Positions 23,151 through 37,100 of a stretch of 64,000 nucleotides of DNA are shown here, piece after piece. The DNA comes from Eledone cirrhosa (Eukaryota): contig OZ024744.1 in the NCBI GenBank assembly GCA_964016885.1, positions 27,032,001 through 27,096,000 of the forward strand, written 5' to 3'. Position 1 is the first letter of the stretch; the number at the start of each line of letters is the position of its first letter. Under the pieces are notes generated by a model. That model had not been told where the DNA came from. It did no database searches and saw nothing but the letters and a program-made list of their open reading frames with translations. The position numbers and the translations under genes were made by a program.

Positions 23151-26100
23151 GGTAAGAAAGGAGGTAACCTTAGGCCCAGGGACACCAGAAGTCTCCACAG
23201 CTACGGCTAGGCATCTCAGTGCATGTGGTGGTAAGAAGGGAGGTAAACTTAGGGCCAAGGACACCAGAAGTCTCCACTGCTACGGCTAGGCATCTCAGTG
23301 CATGTGGAGGTAAGAAGGGAAGGAACCTTAGGGCCAGGGACACCAGAAGTCTCCACTGTTACGGCTAGGCATCTCAGTGCATGTGGTGGTAAGAAGGGAG
23401 GTAACCTTAGGGCCAGGGACACCAGAAGTCTCCACTGTTACGGCCAGGCATCTCAGTGCATGTGGTGGTAAGAAGGGGGGTAACCTTAGGGCCAAGGACA
23501 CCAGAAGTCTCCACTGTTACGGCTAGGCATCTCAGTGCATGTGGTGGTAAGAAGGGAGGTAACCTTAGGGCCAAGGACACCAGAAGTCTCCACTGTTACG
23601 GCTAGGCATCTCAGTGCAAATGGTGGTAAGAAGGGAGGTAACCTTAGGGCCAGGGACACCAGAAGACACCACTGTTACGGCTAGGCATCTCAGTGCATGT
23701 GGTGGTAAGAAGGGAGGTAACCTTAGGGCCAAGGACACCAGAAGTCTCCACTGTTACGGCTAGGCATCTCAGTGCATGTGGTGGTAAGAAGGGAGGTAAC
23801 CTTCGGGCCAAGGACACCAGAAGTCTCCACTGTTACGGCTAGGCATCTCAGTGCATGTGGTGGTAAGAAGGGAGGTAACCTTAGGGCCAGGGACACCAGA
23901 AGACTCCACTGTTACGGCTAGGCATCTCAGTGCATGTGGTGGTAAGAAGGGAGGTAACCTTAGGGCCTAGGACACCAGAAGTCTCCACTGTTACGTCTAG
24001 GCATCTCAGTGCATGTGGTGGTAAGAAAGCAGGTAACCTTAGGGCCAGGGACACCAGAAGTCTCCACTGCTACGGCGAGGCATCTCAGTGCATGTGGTGG
24101 TAAGAAGGGAGGTAACCTTAGGGCCAGGGACTCCAGAAGTCTCCACTGTTACGGCTAGGCATGTCAGTGCATGTGGTGGTAAGAAAGGAGGTAACCTTAG
24201 GGCCAGGGACACCAGAAGTCTCCACTGCTACGCCTAGGCATCTCAGTGCATGTGGTGGTAAGAAGGGTGGTAACCTTAGGGCCAGGGACACCAGAAGTCT
24301 CCACTGTTACGGCTAGGCATCTCAGTGCATGTGGTGGTAAGAAGGGAGGTAACATTAGGGCCAGGGACACCAGAAGACTCCACTGTTACGGCTAGGCATC
24401 TCAGTGCATGTGGTGGTAAGAGGGGAGGTAACCTTAGGGCCAGGGACACCAGAAGTCTCCACTGTTACGGCTAGGCATGTCAGTGCATGTGGTGGTAAGA
24501 AAGGAGGTAACCTTAGGGCCAGGGACACCAGAAGTCTCCTCAGCTACGGCTAGGCATCTCAGTGCATGTGGTGGTAAGAAGGGAGGTAAACTTAGGGCCA
24601 AGGACACCAGAAGTCTCCACTGCTACGGCTAGGCATCTCAGTGCATCTGGTGGAAAGAAGGGAGGTAACCTTAGGGCCAGGGACACCAGAAGTCTACACT
24701 GTTACGGCTAGGCATGTCAGTGCATGTGGTGGTAAGGAGGGAGATAACCTTAGGGCCAAGGACACCAGAAGTCTCCACTGTTACGGCTAGGCATCTCAGT
24801 GCATGTGGTGGTAAGAAAGGAGGTAACCTTAGGGCCAGGGACACCAGAAGTCTCCACTGCTACGGCTAGGCATCTCAGTGCATGTGGTGGTAAGAAGGGA
24901 GGTAACCTTAGGGCCAGGGACACCAGAAGTCTCCAGTGTTACGGCTAGGCATCTCAGTGCATGTGGTGGTAAGAAGGGAGGTAACCTTAGGGCCAAGGAC
25001 ACCAGAAGTCACCACAGCTACGGCTAGGCATCTCAGTGCATGTGGTGGTATGAAGGGAGGTAACCTTAGGGCCAAGGACACTAGAAGTCTCCACTGCTAC
25101 GGCTAGGCATCTCAGTGCATGTGGTGGTAAGAAGGGAAGGAACGTTAGGGCCAGGGACACCAGAAGTCTCCACTGTTACGGCTAGGCATCTCAGTGCATG
25201 TGGTGGTAAGAAGGGAGGTAACCTTAGGGCCAGGGACACCAGAAGTCTCCACTGTTACGGCTAGGCATCTCACTTCATGTGGTGGTAAGAAGGGAGGTAA
25301 CCTTAGGGCCAAGGACACCAGAAGTCTCCACTGCTACGGCTAGGCATCTCAGTGCATGTGGTGGTAAGAAGGGAGGTAACCTTAGGGCCAGGGACACCAG
25401 AAGTCACCACTGCTACGGCTAGGCATCTCAGTGCATGTGGTGGTAAGAGGGAGGTAACCTTAGGGCCAGGGACACCAGAAGTCTCCACTGTTACGGCTAG
25501 GCATCTCAGTGCATGTGGTGGTAAGAGGGAGGTAACCTTAGGGCCAGGGACACCAGAAGTATCCACTGTTACGGCTAGGCATCTCAGTGCATGTGGTGGT
25601 AAGAAGGTAGGTAACCTTAGGCCAAGGACACCAGAAGTCACCACTGCTACGGCTAGGCATCTCAGTGCATCTGGTGGTAAGAAGGGAGGTAACCTTAGGG
25701 CCAGGGACACCAGAAGTCTCCACTGTTACGGCTAGGCATCTCAGTGCATGTGGTGGTAAGAAGGGAGGTAACCTTAGGGCCAGGGACACCAGAAGTCTCC
25801 ACTGTTACGGCTAGGCATCTCAGTGCATGTGGTGGTAAGAAGGGAAGGAACCTTAGGGCCAGGGACACCAGAAGTCTCCACTGCTACGGCTAGGCATCTC
25901 AGTGCATGGGGTGGTAAGAAGGGAGGGAACCTTAGGGCCAGGGACACCAGAAGTCTCCACTGTTACGGCTAGGCATCTCAGTGCATGTGGTGGTAAGAAG
26001 GGAGGGAACCTTAGGGCCAGGGACACCAGAAGTCTCCACTGTTACGGCTAGGCATCTCAGTGCATGTGGTGGTAAGAAGGGAGGTAACCTTAGGGCCAGG

Positions 26101-27379
26101 GACACCAGAAGTGTCCACTGCTACGGCTAGGCATCTCAGTGCATGTGGTGGTAAGAAGGGAGGTAACCTTAGGGCCAGGGACACCAGAAGTCTCCAGTGT
26201 TACGGCTAGGCATGTCAGTGCATGTGGTGGTAAGGAGGGAGATAACCTTAGGGCCAAGGACACCAGAAGTCTCCACTGTTACGGCTAGGCATCTCAGTGC
26301 ATGTGGTGGTAAGAAGGGAGGTAACCTTAGGGCCAGGGACACCAGAAGTCTCCAATGTTACGGCTAGGCATCTCAGTGCATGTGGTGGTAAGAAGGGAAG
26401 GAACCTTAGAGCCAGGGACACCAGAAGTCTCCACTGCTACGGCTAGGCATCTCAGTTCATGTGGTGGTAAGAAGGGAAGGAACCTTAGGGCCAGTGACAC
26501 CAGAAGTCTCCACTGTTACGGCTAGGCATCTCAGTTCATGTTGTGGTAAGAAGGGAGGGAACCTTAGGGCCAGGGACACCAGAAGTCTCCACTGTTACGG
26601 CTAGGCATCTCAGTGCATGTGGTGGTAAGAAGGGAGGTAACCTTAGGGCCAGGGACACCAGAAGTGTCCACTGCTACGGCTAGGCATCTCAGTGCATGTG
26701 GTGGTAAGTATGGTGGTAACCTTAGGGCCAGGGACACCAGAAGTCTCCAGTGTTCCGGCTAGGCATCTCAGTGCATGTGGTGGTAAGAAGGGAAGGAACC
26801 TTAGAGCCAGGGACACCAGAAGTCTCCACTGCTACGGCTAGGCATCTCAGTTCATGTGGTGGTAAGAAGGGAAGTAACCTTAGGGCCAGGGACACCAGAA
26901 GTCTCCACTGTTACAGCTAGGCATCTGAGTGCATGTGGTGATAACAAGGGAGGGAACCTTAGGGTCAGGGACACCAGAAGTCTCCACTGTTACGGCTAGG
27001 CATCTCAGTGCATGTGGTGGTTAGAAGGGAGGTAACCTTAGGGCCAAGGAGAACCAGAAGTCTCCACTGCTACGGCTAGGCATCTCAGTGCATGTGGTAG
27101 TAAGAAGGGAGGTAACCTTAGGGCCAGGGACAGCAGAAGTCTCCACTGCTACGGCTAGGCATCTCAGTGCATGTGGTGCTAAGAAGGGAGGTAACCTTAG
27201 GGCCAGGGACACCAGAAGTCTACACTGTTACGGCTAGGCATATCAGTGCATGTGGTGGTAAGAAGGGAGGTAACCTTAGCGCCAGGGACACCAGAAGACT
27301 CCACTGTTACGGCTAGGCATCTCAGTGCATGTGGTGGTAAGAAGGGAGGTAACCTTAGGGCCAGGGACACCAGAAGTCT

Positions 27380-30300
27380 CCACTGTTACGGCTAGGCATC
27401 TCACTTCATGTGGTGGTAAGAAGGGAGGTAAAGCTTAGGGCCAAGGACACCAGAAGTCTCCACTGCTACGGCTAGGCATCTCACTTCATGTGGTGGTAAG
27501 AAGGGAGGTAACCTTAGGGCCAAGGACACCAGAAGCCACCACTGCTACGGCTAGGCATCTCAGTGCATCTGGTGGTAAGAAGGGAGGTAACCTTAGGGAC
27601 AGGGACACCAGAAGACTCCACTGTTACGGCTAGGAATCTCAGTGCATGTGGTGGTAAGAGGGAGGTAACCTTAGGGCCAGGGACACCAGAAGTCTCCACT
27701 GTTACGGCTAGCGATCTCAGTGCATGTGGTGGTAATAGGGAGGTAACCTTAGGGCCAGGGACACCCGAAGTCTCCACTGTTACGGCTAGGCATCTCAGTG
27801 CATGTGGTGGTAAAAAGGGAGGTAACCTTAGGGCCAAGGACACCAGAAGTCTCCACTCTTACGGCTAGGCATGTCAGTGCATGTGGTGGTAAGGAGGGAG
27901 ATAACCTTAGGGCCAAGGACACCAGAAGTCTCCACTCTTACGGCTAGGCATCTCAGTGCATGTGGTGGTAAGAAGGGAGGTAACCTTAGGGCCACGGACA
28001 CCAGAAGTCTCCACTGTTACGGCTAGGCATCTCAGTGCATGTGGTGGTAAGGAGGGAGGTAACCTTAGGGCCAAGGACACCAGAAGTCTCCACTGTTACG
28101 GCTAGGCATCTCAGTGCATGTGGTGGTAAGGAGGGAGATAACCTTAGGGCCACGGACACCAGAAGTCTCCACTGTTACTGCTAGGCATCTCAGTGCATGT
28201 GGTGGTAAGGAGGGAGATAACCTTAGGGCCACGGACACCAGAAGTCTCCACTGTTACGGCTAGGCATCTCAGTGCCTGTGGTGGTAATAGGGAGGTAACC
28301 TTAGGGCCAGGGACACCCGAAGTCTCCACTGTTACGGCTAGGCATCTCAGTGCATGTGGTGGTAAAAAGGGAGGTAACCTTAGGGCCAAGGACACCAGAA
28401 GTCTCCACTCTTACGGCTAGGCATGTCAGTGCATGTGGTGGTAAGGAGGGAGATAACCTTAGGGCCAAGGACACCAGAAGTCTCCACTCTTACGGCTAGG
28501 CATCTCAGTGCATGTGGTGGTAAGAAGGGAGGTAACCTTAGGGCCACGGACACCAGAAGTCTCCACTGTTACGGCTAGGCATCTCAGTGCATGTGGTGGT
28601 AAGGAGGGAGGTAACCTTAGGGCCAAGGACACCAGAAGTCTCCACTGTTACGGTTAGGCATCTCAGTGCATGTGGTTGTAAGAAGGGAGGTAACCTTAGG
28701 GCCAGGGACACCAGAAGTCTCCACTGCTACGGCTAGGCATCTCAGTGCATGTGGTGGTAAGAAGGAAGTAACCTTAGGGCCAGGGACACCAGAAGACTCC
28801 ACTGCTACGGCTAGGCATCTCAGTGCATGTGGTGGTAAGAAGGGAGGTAACCATAGGTCCAGGGACACCAGAAGTCTCCACTGATACGGCTAGGCATCTC
28901 AGTTCATGTGGTGGTAAGAAAGGAGGTAACCTTAGGGCCAAGGACACCAGAAGTCTCCACTGTTACGGCTAGGCATCTCAGTGTATGTGGTGGTAAGTAT
29001 GGTGGTAACCTTAGGGCCAGGGACACCAGAAGTCTCCAGTGTTCCGGCTAGGCATCTCAGTGCATGTGGTGGTAAGAAGGGAGGTAACCTTAGGGTCAAG
29101 GACACCTGAAGTCTCCACAGCTACGGCTAGGCATCTCAGTGCATGTGGTGGTAAGAAGGGAAGTAACCTTAGGGCCAGGGACACCAGAAGTCTCCACTGT
29201 TACAGCTAGGCATCTGAGTGCATGTGGTGATAAGAAGGGAGGGAACCTTAGGGTCAGGGACACCAGAAGTCTCCACTGTTACGGCTAGGCATCTCAGTGC
29301 ATGTGGTGGTTAGAAGGGAGGTAACCTTAGGGCCAAGGAGAACCAGAAGTCTCCACTGCTACGGCTAGGCATCTCAGTGCATGTGGTAGTAAGAAGGGAG
29401 GTAACCTTAGGGCCAAGGACACCAGAAGTCACCACAGCTACGGCTAGGCATCTCAGTGCATGTGGTGGTATGAAGGGAGGTAACCTTAGGGCCAAGGACA
29501 CTAGAAGTCTCCACTGCTACGGCTAGGCATCTCAGTGCATGTGGTGGTAAGAAGGGAAGGAACGTTAGGGCCAGGGACACCAGAAGTCTCCACTGTTACG
29601 GCTAGGCATCTCAGTGCATGTGGTGGTAAGAAGGGAGGTAACCTTAGGGCCAGGGACACCAGAAGTCTCCACTGTTACGGCTAGGCATCTCACTTCATGT
29701 GGTGGTAAGAAGGGAGGTAACCTTAGGGCCAAGGACACCAGAAGTCTCCACTGCTACGGCTAGGCATCTCAGTGCATGTGGTGGTAAGAAGGGAGGTAAC
29801 CTTAGGGCCAGGGACACCAGAAGTCACCACTGCTACGGCTAGGCATCTCAGTGCATGTGGTGGTAAGAGGGAGGTAACCTTAGGGCCAGGGACACCAGAA
29901 GTATCCACTGTTACGGCTAGGCATCTCAGTGCATGTGGTGGTAAGAAGGGAGGTAACCTTAGGCCAAGGACACCAGAAGTCACCACTGCTACGGCTAGGC
30001 ATCTCAGTGCATCTGGTGGTAAGAAGGGAGGTAACCTTAGGGCCAGGGACACCAGAAGTCTACACTGTTACGGCTAGGCATGTCAGTGCATGTGGTGGTA
30101 AGGAGGGAGATAACCTTAGGGCCAAGGACACCAGAAGTCTCCACTGTTACGGCTAGGCATCTCACTTCATGTGGTGGTAAGAAGGGAGGTAAAGCTTAGG
30201 GCCAAGGACACCAGAAGTCTCCACTGCTACGGCTAGGCATCTCACTTCATGTGGTGGTAAGAAGGGAGGTAACCTTAGGGCCAAGGACACCAGAAGCCAC

Positions 30301-32920
30301 CACTGCTACGGCTAGGCATCTCAGTGCATCTGGTGGTAAGAAGGGAGGTAACCTTAGGGACAGGGACACCAGAAGACTCCACTGTTACGGCTAGGAATCT
30401 CAGTGCATGTGGTGGTAAGAGGGAGGTAACCTTAGGGCCAGGGACACCAGAAGTCTCCACTGTTACGGCTAGGGATCTCAGTGCATGTGGTGGTAATAGG
30501 GAGGTAACCTTAGGGCCAGGGACACCCGAAGTCTCCACTGTTACGGCTAGGCATCTCAGTGCATGTGGTGGTAAAAAGGGAGGTAACCTTAGGGCCAAGG
30601 ACACCAGAAGTCTCCACTCTTACGGCTAGGCATGTCAGTGCATGTGGTGGTAAGGAGGGAGATATCCTTAGGGCCAAGGACACCAGAAGTCTCCACTCTT
30701 ACGGCTAGGCATCTCAGTGCATGTGGTGGTAAGAAGGGAGGTAACCTTAGGGCCACGGACACCAGAAGTCTCCACTGTTACGGCTAGGCATCTCAGTGCA
30801 TGTGGTGGTAAGGAGGGAGGTAACCTTAGGGCCAAGGACACCAGAAGTCTCCACTGTTACGGCTAGGCATCTCAGTGCATGTGGTGGTAAGGAGGGAGAT
30901 AACCTTAGGGCCACGGACACCAGAAGTCTCCACTGTTACTGCTAGGCATCTCAGTGCATGTGGTGGTAAGGAGGGAGATAACCTTAGGGCCACGGACACC
31001 AGAAGTCTCCACTGTTACGGCTAGGCATCTCAGTGCCTGTGGTGGTAATAGGGAGGTAACCTTAGGGCCAGGGACACCCGAAGTCTCCACTGTTACGGCT
31101 AGGCATCTCAGTGCATGTGGTGGTAAAAAGGGAGGTAACCTTAGGGCCAAGGACACCAGAAGTCTCCACTCTTACGGCTAGGCATGTCAGTGCATGTGGT
31201 GGTAAGGAGGGAGATAACCTTAGGGCCAAGGACACCAGAAGTCTCCACTCTTACGGCTAGGCATCTCAGTGCATGTGGTGGTAAGAAGGGAGGTAACCTT
31301 AGGGCCACGGACACCAGAAGTCTCCACTGTTACGGCTAGGCATCTCAGTGCATGTGGTGGTAAGGAGGGAGGTAACCTTAGGGCCAAGGACACCAGAAGT
31401 CTCCACTGTTACGGTTAGGCATCTCAGTGCATGTGGTTGTAAGAAGGGAGGTAACCTTAGGGCCAGGGACACCAGAAGTCTCCACTGCTACGGCTAGGCA
31501 TCTCAGTGCATGTGGTGGTAAGAAGGAAGTAACCTTAGGGCCAGGGACACCAGAAGACTCCACTGCTACGGCTAGGCATCTCAGTGCATGTGGTGGTAAG
31601 AAGGGAGGTAACCATAGGTCCAGGGACACCAGAAGTCTCCACTGATACGGCTAGGCATCTCAGTTCATGTGGTGGTAAGAAAGGAGGTAACCTTAGGGCC
31701 AAGGACACCAGAAGTCTCCACTGTTACGGCTAGGCATCTCAGTGTATGTGGTGGTAAGTATGGTGGTAACCTTAGGGCCAGGGACACCAGAAGTCTCCAG
31801 TGTTCCGGCTAGGCATCTCAGTGCATGTGGTGGTAAGAAGGGAGGTAACCTTAGGGTCAAGGACACCTGAAGTCTCCACAGCTACGGCTAGGCATCTCAG
31901 TGCATGTGGTGGTAAGAAGGGAAGTAACCTTAGGGCCAGGGACACCAGAAGTCTCCACTGTTACAGCTAGGCATCTGAGTGCATGTGGTGATAAGAAGGG
32001 AGGGAACCTTAGGGTCAGGGACACCAGAAGTCTCCACTGTTACGGCTAGGCATCTCAGTGCATGTGGTGGTTAGAAGGGAGGTAACCTTAGGGCCAAGGA
32101 GAACCAGAAGTCTCCACTGCTACGGCTAGGCATCTCAGTGCATGTGGTAGTAAGAAGGGAGGTAACCTTAGGGCCAAGGACACCAGAAGTCACCACAGCT
32201 ACGGCTAGGCATCTCAGTGCATGTGGTGGTATGAAGGGAGGTAACCTTAGGGCCAAGGACACTAGAAGTCTCCACTGCTACGGCTAGGCATCTCAGTGCA
32301 TGTGGTGGTAAGAAGGGAAGGAACGTTAGGGCCAGGGACACCAGAAGTCTCCACTGTTACGGCTAGGCATCTCAGTGCATGTGGTGGTAAGAAGGGAGGT
32401 AACCTTAGGGCCAGGGACACCAGAAGTCTCCACTGTTACGGCTAGGCATCTCACTTCATGTGGTGGTAAGAAGGGAGGTAACCTTAGGGCCAAGGACACC
32501 AGAAGTCTCCACTGCTACGGCTAGGCATCTCAGTGCATGTGGTGGTAAGAAGGGAGGTAACCTTAGGGCCAGGGACACCAGAAGTCACCACTGCTACGGC
32601 TAGGCATCTCAGTGCATGTGGTGGTAAGAGGGAGGTAACCTTAGGGCCAGGGACACCAGAAGTATCCACTGTTACGGCTAGGCATCTCAGTGCATGTGGT
32701 GGTAAGAAGGGAGGTAACCTTAGGCCAAGGACACCAGAAGTCACCACTGCTACGGCTAGGCATCTCAGTGCATCTGGTGGTAAGAAGGGAGGTAACCTTA
32801 GGGCCAGGGACACCAGAAGTCTACACTGTTACGGCTAGGCATGTCAGTGCATGTGGTGGTAAGGAGGGAGATAACCTTAGGGCCAAGGACACCAGAAGTC
32901 TCCACTGTTACGGCTAGGCA
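27380..32920. repeat. 35-monomer HOR (2761 bp), two tandem copies
   Basis: The AAGCTT variant lies at 27431 and 30192. ORF pairs 27514/30275, 28617/31378 and 29723/32484 are all offset by 2761 = 35x79 - 6 + 2. Confidence 0.92.
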
Positions 32921-34129
32921 TCTCAGTGCATGTGGTGGTAAGAAGGGAGGTAACCTTAGGGCCAGGGACACCAGAAGTCTCCACTGTTACGGCTAGGCAT
33001 CTCAGTGCATGTGGTGGTAAGAAGGGAAGGAACCTTAGGGCCAGGGACACCAGAAGTCTCCACTGCTACGGCTAGGCATCTCAGTGCATGGGGTGGTAAG
33101 AAGGGAGGGAACCTTAGGGCCAGGGACACCAGAAGTCTCCACTGTTACGGCTAGGCATCTCAGTGCATGTGGTGGTAAGAAGGGAGGGAACCTTAGGGCC
33201 AGGGACACCAGAAGTCTCCACTGTTACGGCTAGGCATCTCAGTGCATGTGGTGGTAAGAAGGGAGGTAACCTTAGGGCCAGGGACACCAGAAGTGTCCAC
33301 TGCTACGGCTAGGCATCTCAGTGCATGTGGTGGTAAGAAGGGAGGTAACCTTAGGGCCAGGGACACCAGAAGTCTCCAGTGTTACGGCTAGGCATGTCAG
33401 TGCATGTGGTGGTAAGGAGGGAGATAACCTTAGGGCCAAGGACACCAGAAGTCTCCACTGTTACGGCTAGGCATCTCAGTGCATGTGGTGGTAAGAAGGG
33501 AGGTAACCTTAGGGCCAGGGACACCAGAAGTCTCCAATGTTACGGCTAGGCATCTCAGTGCATGTGGTGGTAAGAAGGGAAGGAACCTTAGAGCCAGGGA
33601 CACCAGAAGTCTCCACTGCTACGGCTAGGCATCTCAGTTCATGTGGTGGTAAGAAGGGAAGGAACCTTAGGGCCAGTGACACCAGAAGTCTCCACTGTTA
33701 CGGCTAGGCATCTCAGTTCATGTTGTGGTAAGAAGGGAGGGAACCTTAGGGCCAGGGACACCAGAAGTCTCCACTGTTACCGCTAGGCATCTCAGTGCAT
33801 GTGGTGGTAAGAAGGGAGGTAACCTTAGGGCCAGGGACACCAGAAGTGTCCACTGCTACGGCTAGGCATCTCAGTGCATGTGGTGGTAAGTATGGTGGTA
33901 ACCTTAGGGCCAGGGACACCAGAAGTCTCCAGTGTTCCGGCTAGGCATCTCAGTGCATGTGGTGGTAAGAAGGGAGGTAACCTTAGGGTCAAGGACACCA
34001 GAAGTCTCCACAGCTACGGCTAGGCATCTCAGTGCATGTGGTGGTAAGAAGGGAGGTAACCTTAGGGCCAAGGACACTAGAAGTCTCCACTGCTACGGCT
34101 AGGCATCTCAGTGCATGTGGTGGTAAGAA

Positions 34130-37100
34130 GGGAAGTAACCTTAGGGCCAGGGACACCAGAAGTCTCCACTGTTACAGCTAGGCATCTGAGTGCATGTGGT
34201 GATAACAAGGGAGGGAACCTTAGGGTCAGGGACACCAGAAGTCTCCACTGTTACGGCTAGGCATCTCAGTGCATGTGGTGGTTAGAAGGGAGGTAACCTT
34301 AGGGCCAAGGAGAACCAGAAGTCTCCACTGCTACGGCTAGGCATCTCAGTGCATGTGGTAGTAAGAAGGGAGGTAACCTTAGGGCCAGGGACAGCAGAAG
34401 TCTCCACTGCTACGGCTAGGCATCTCAGTGCATGTGGTGCTAAGAAGGGAGGTAACCTTAGGGCCAGGGACACCAGAAGTCTACACTGTTACGGCTAGGC
34501 ATATCAGTGCATGTGGTGGTAAGAAGGGAGGTAACCTTAGCGCCATGGACACCAGAAGACTCCACTGTTACGGCTAGGCATCTCAGTGCATGTGGTGGTA
34601 AGAAGGGAGGTAACCTTAGGGCCAGGGACACCAGAAGTCTCCACTGTTACGGCTAGGCATCTCACTTCATGTGGTGGTAAGAAGGGAGGTAAAGCTTAGG
34701 GCCAAGGACACCAGAAGTCTCCACTGCTACGGCTAGGCATCTCACTTCATGTGGTGGTAAGAAGGGAGGTAACCTTAGGGCCAAGGACACCAGAAGCCAC
34801 CACTGCTACGGCTAGGCATCTCAGTGCATCTGGTGGTAAGAAGGGAGGTAACCTTAGGGACAGGGACACCAGAAGACTCCACTGTTACGGCTAGGAATCT
34901 CAGTGCATGTGGTGGTAAGAGGGAGGTAACCTTAGGGCCAGGGACACCAGAAGTCTCCACTGTTACGGCTAGGGATCTCAGTGCATGTGGTGGTAATAGG
35001 GAGGTAACCTTAGGGCCAGGGACACCCGAAGTCTCCACTGTTACGGCTAGGCATCTCAGTGCATGTGGTGGTAAAAAGGGAGGTAACCTTAGGGCCAAGG
35101 ACACCAGAAGTCTCCACTCTTACGGCTAGGCATGTCAGTGCATGTGGTGGTAAGGAGGGAGATAACCTTAGGGCCAAGGACACCAGAAGTCTCCACTCTT
35201 ACGGCTAGGCATCTCAGTGCATGTGGTGGTAAGAAGGGAGGTAACCTTAGGGCCACGGACACCAGAAGTCTCCACTGTTACGGCTAGGCATCTCAGTGCA
35301 TGTGGTGGTAAGGAGGGAGGTAACCTTAGGGCCAAGGACACCAGAAGTCTCCACTGTTACGGCTAGGCATCTCAGTGCATGTGGTGGTAAGGAGGGAGAT
35401 AACCTTAGGGCCACGGACACCAGAAGTCTCCACTGTTACTGCTAGGCATCTCAGTGCATGTGGTGGTAAGGAGGGAGATAACCTTAGGGCCACGGACACC
35501 AGAAGTCTCCACTGTTACGGCTAGGCATCTCAGTGCCTGTGGTGGTAATAGGGAGGTAACCTTAGGGCCAGGGACACCCGAAGTCTCCACTGTTACGGCT
35601 AGGCATCTCAGTGCATGTGGTGGTAAAAAGGGAGGTAACCTTAGGGCCAAGGACACCAGAAGTCTCCACTCTTACGGCTAGGCATGTCAGTGCATGTGGT
35701 GGTAAGGAGGGAGATAACCTTAGGGCCAAGGACACCAGAAGTCTCCACTCTTACGGCTAGGCATCTCAGTGCATGTGGTGGTAAGAAGGGAGGTAACCTT
35801 AGGGCCACGGACACCAGAAGTCTCCACTGTTACGGCTAGGCATCTCAGTGCATGTGGTGGTAAGGAGGGAGGTAACCTTAGGGCCAAGGACACCAGAAGT
35901 CTCCACTGTTACGGTTAGGCATCTCAGTGCATGTGGTTGTAAGAAGGGAGGTAACCTTAGGGCCAGGGACACCAGAAGTCTCCACTGCTACGGCTAGGCA
36001 TCTCAGTGCATGTGGTGGTAAGAAGGAAGTAACCTTAGGGCCAGGGACACCAGAAGACTCCACTGCTACGGCTAGGCATCTCAGTGCATGTGGTGGTAAG
36101 AAGGGAGGTAACCATAGGTCCAGGGACACCAGAAGTCTCCACTGATACGGCTAGGCATCTCAGTTCATGTGGTGGTAAGAAAGGAGGTAACCTTAGGGCC
36201 AAGGACACCAGAAGTCTCCACTGTTACGGCTAGGCATCTCAGTGCATGTGGTGGTAAGTATGGTGGTAACCTTAGGGCCAGGGACACCAGAAGTCTCCAG
36301 TGTTCCGGCTAGGCATCTCAGTGCATGTGGTGGTAAGAAGGGAGGTAACCTTAGGGTCAAGGACACCTGAAGTCTCCACAGCTACGGCTAGGCATCTCAG
36401 TGCATGTGGTGGTAAGAAGGGAAGTAACCTTAGGGCCAGGGACACCAGAAGTCTCCACTGTTACAGCTAGGCATCTGAGTGCATGTGGTGATAAGAAGGG
36501 AGGGAACCTTAGGGTCAGGGACACCAGAAGTCTCCACTGTTACGGCTAGGCATCTCAGTGCATGTGGTGGTTAGAAGGGAGGTAACCTTAGGGCCAAGGA
36601 GAACCAGAAGTCTCCACTGCTACGGCTAGGCATCTCAGTGCATGTGGTAGTAAGAAGGGAGGTAACCTTAGGGCCAGGGACAGCAGAAGTCTCCACTCCT
36701 ACGGCTAGGCATCTCAGTGCATGTGGTGCTAAGAAGGGAGGTAACCTTAGGGCCAGGGACACCAGAAGTCTACACTGTTACGGCTAGGCATATCAGTGCA
36801 TGTGGTGGTAAGAAGGGAGGTAACCTTAGCGCCAGGGACACCAGAAGACTCCACTGTTACGGCTAGGCATCTCAGTGCATGTGGTGGTAAGAAGGGAGGT
36901 AACCTTAGGGCCAGGGACACCAGAAGTCTCCACTGTTACGGCTAGGCATCTCACTTCATGTGGTGGTAAGAAGGGAGGTAAAGCTTAGGGCCAAGGACAC
37001 CAGAAGTCTCCACTGCTACGGCTAGGCATCTCACTTCATGTGGTGGTAAGAAGGGAGGTAACCTTAGGGCCAAGGACACCAGAAGCCACCACTGCTACGG

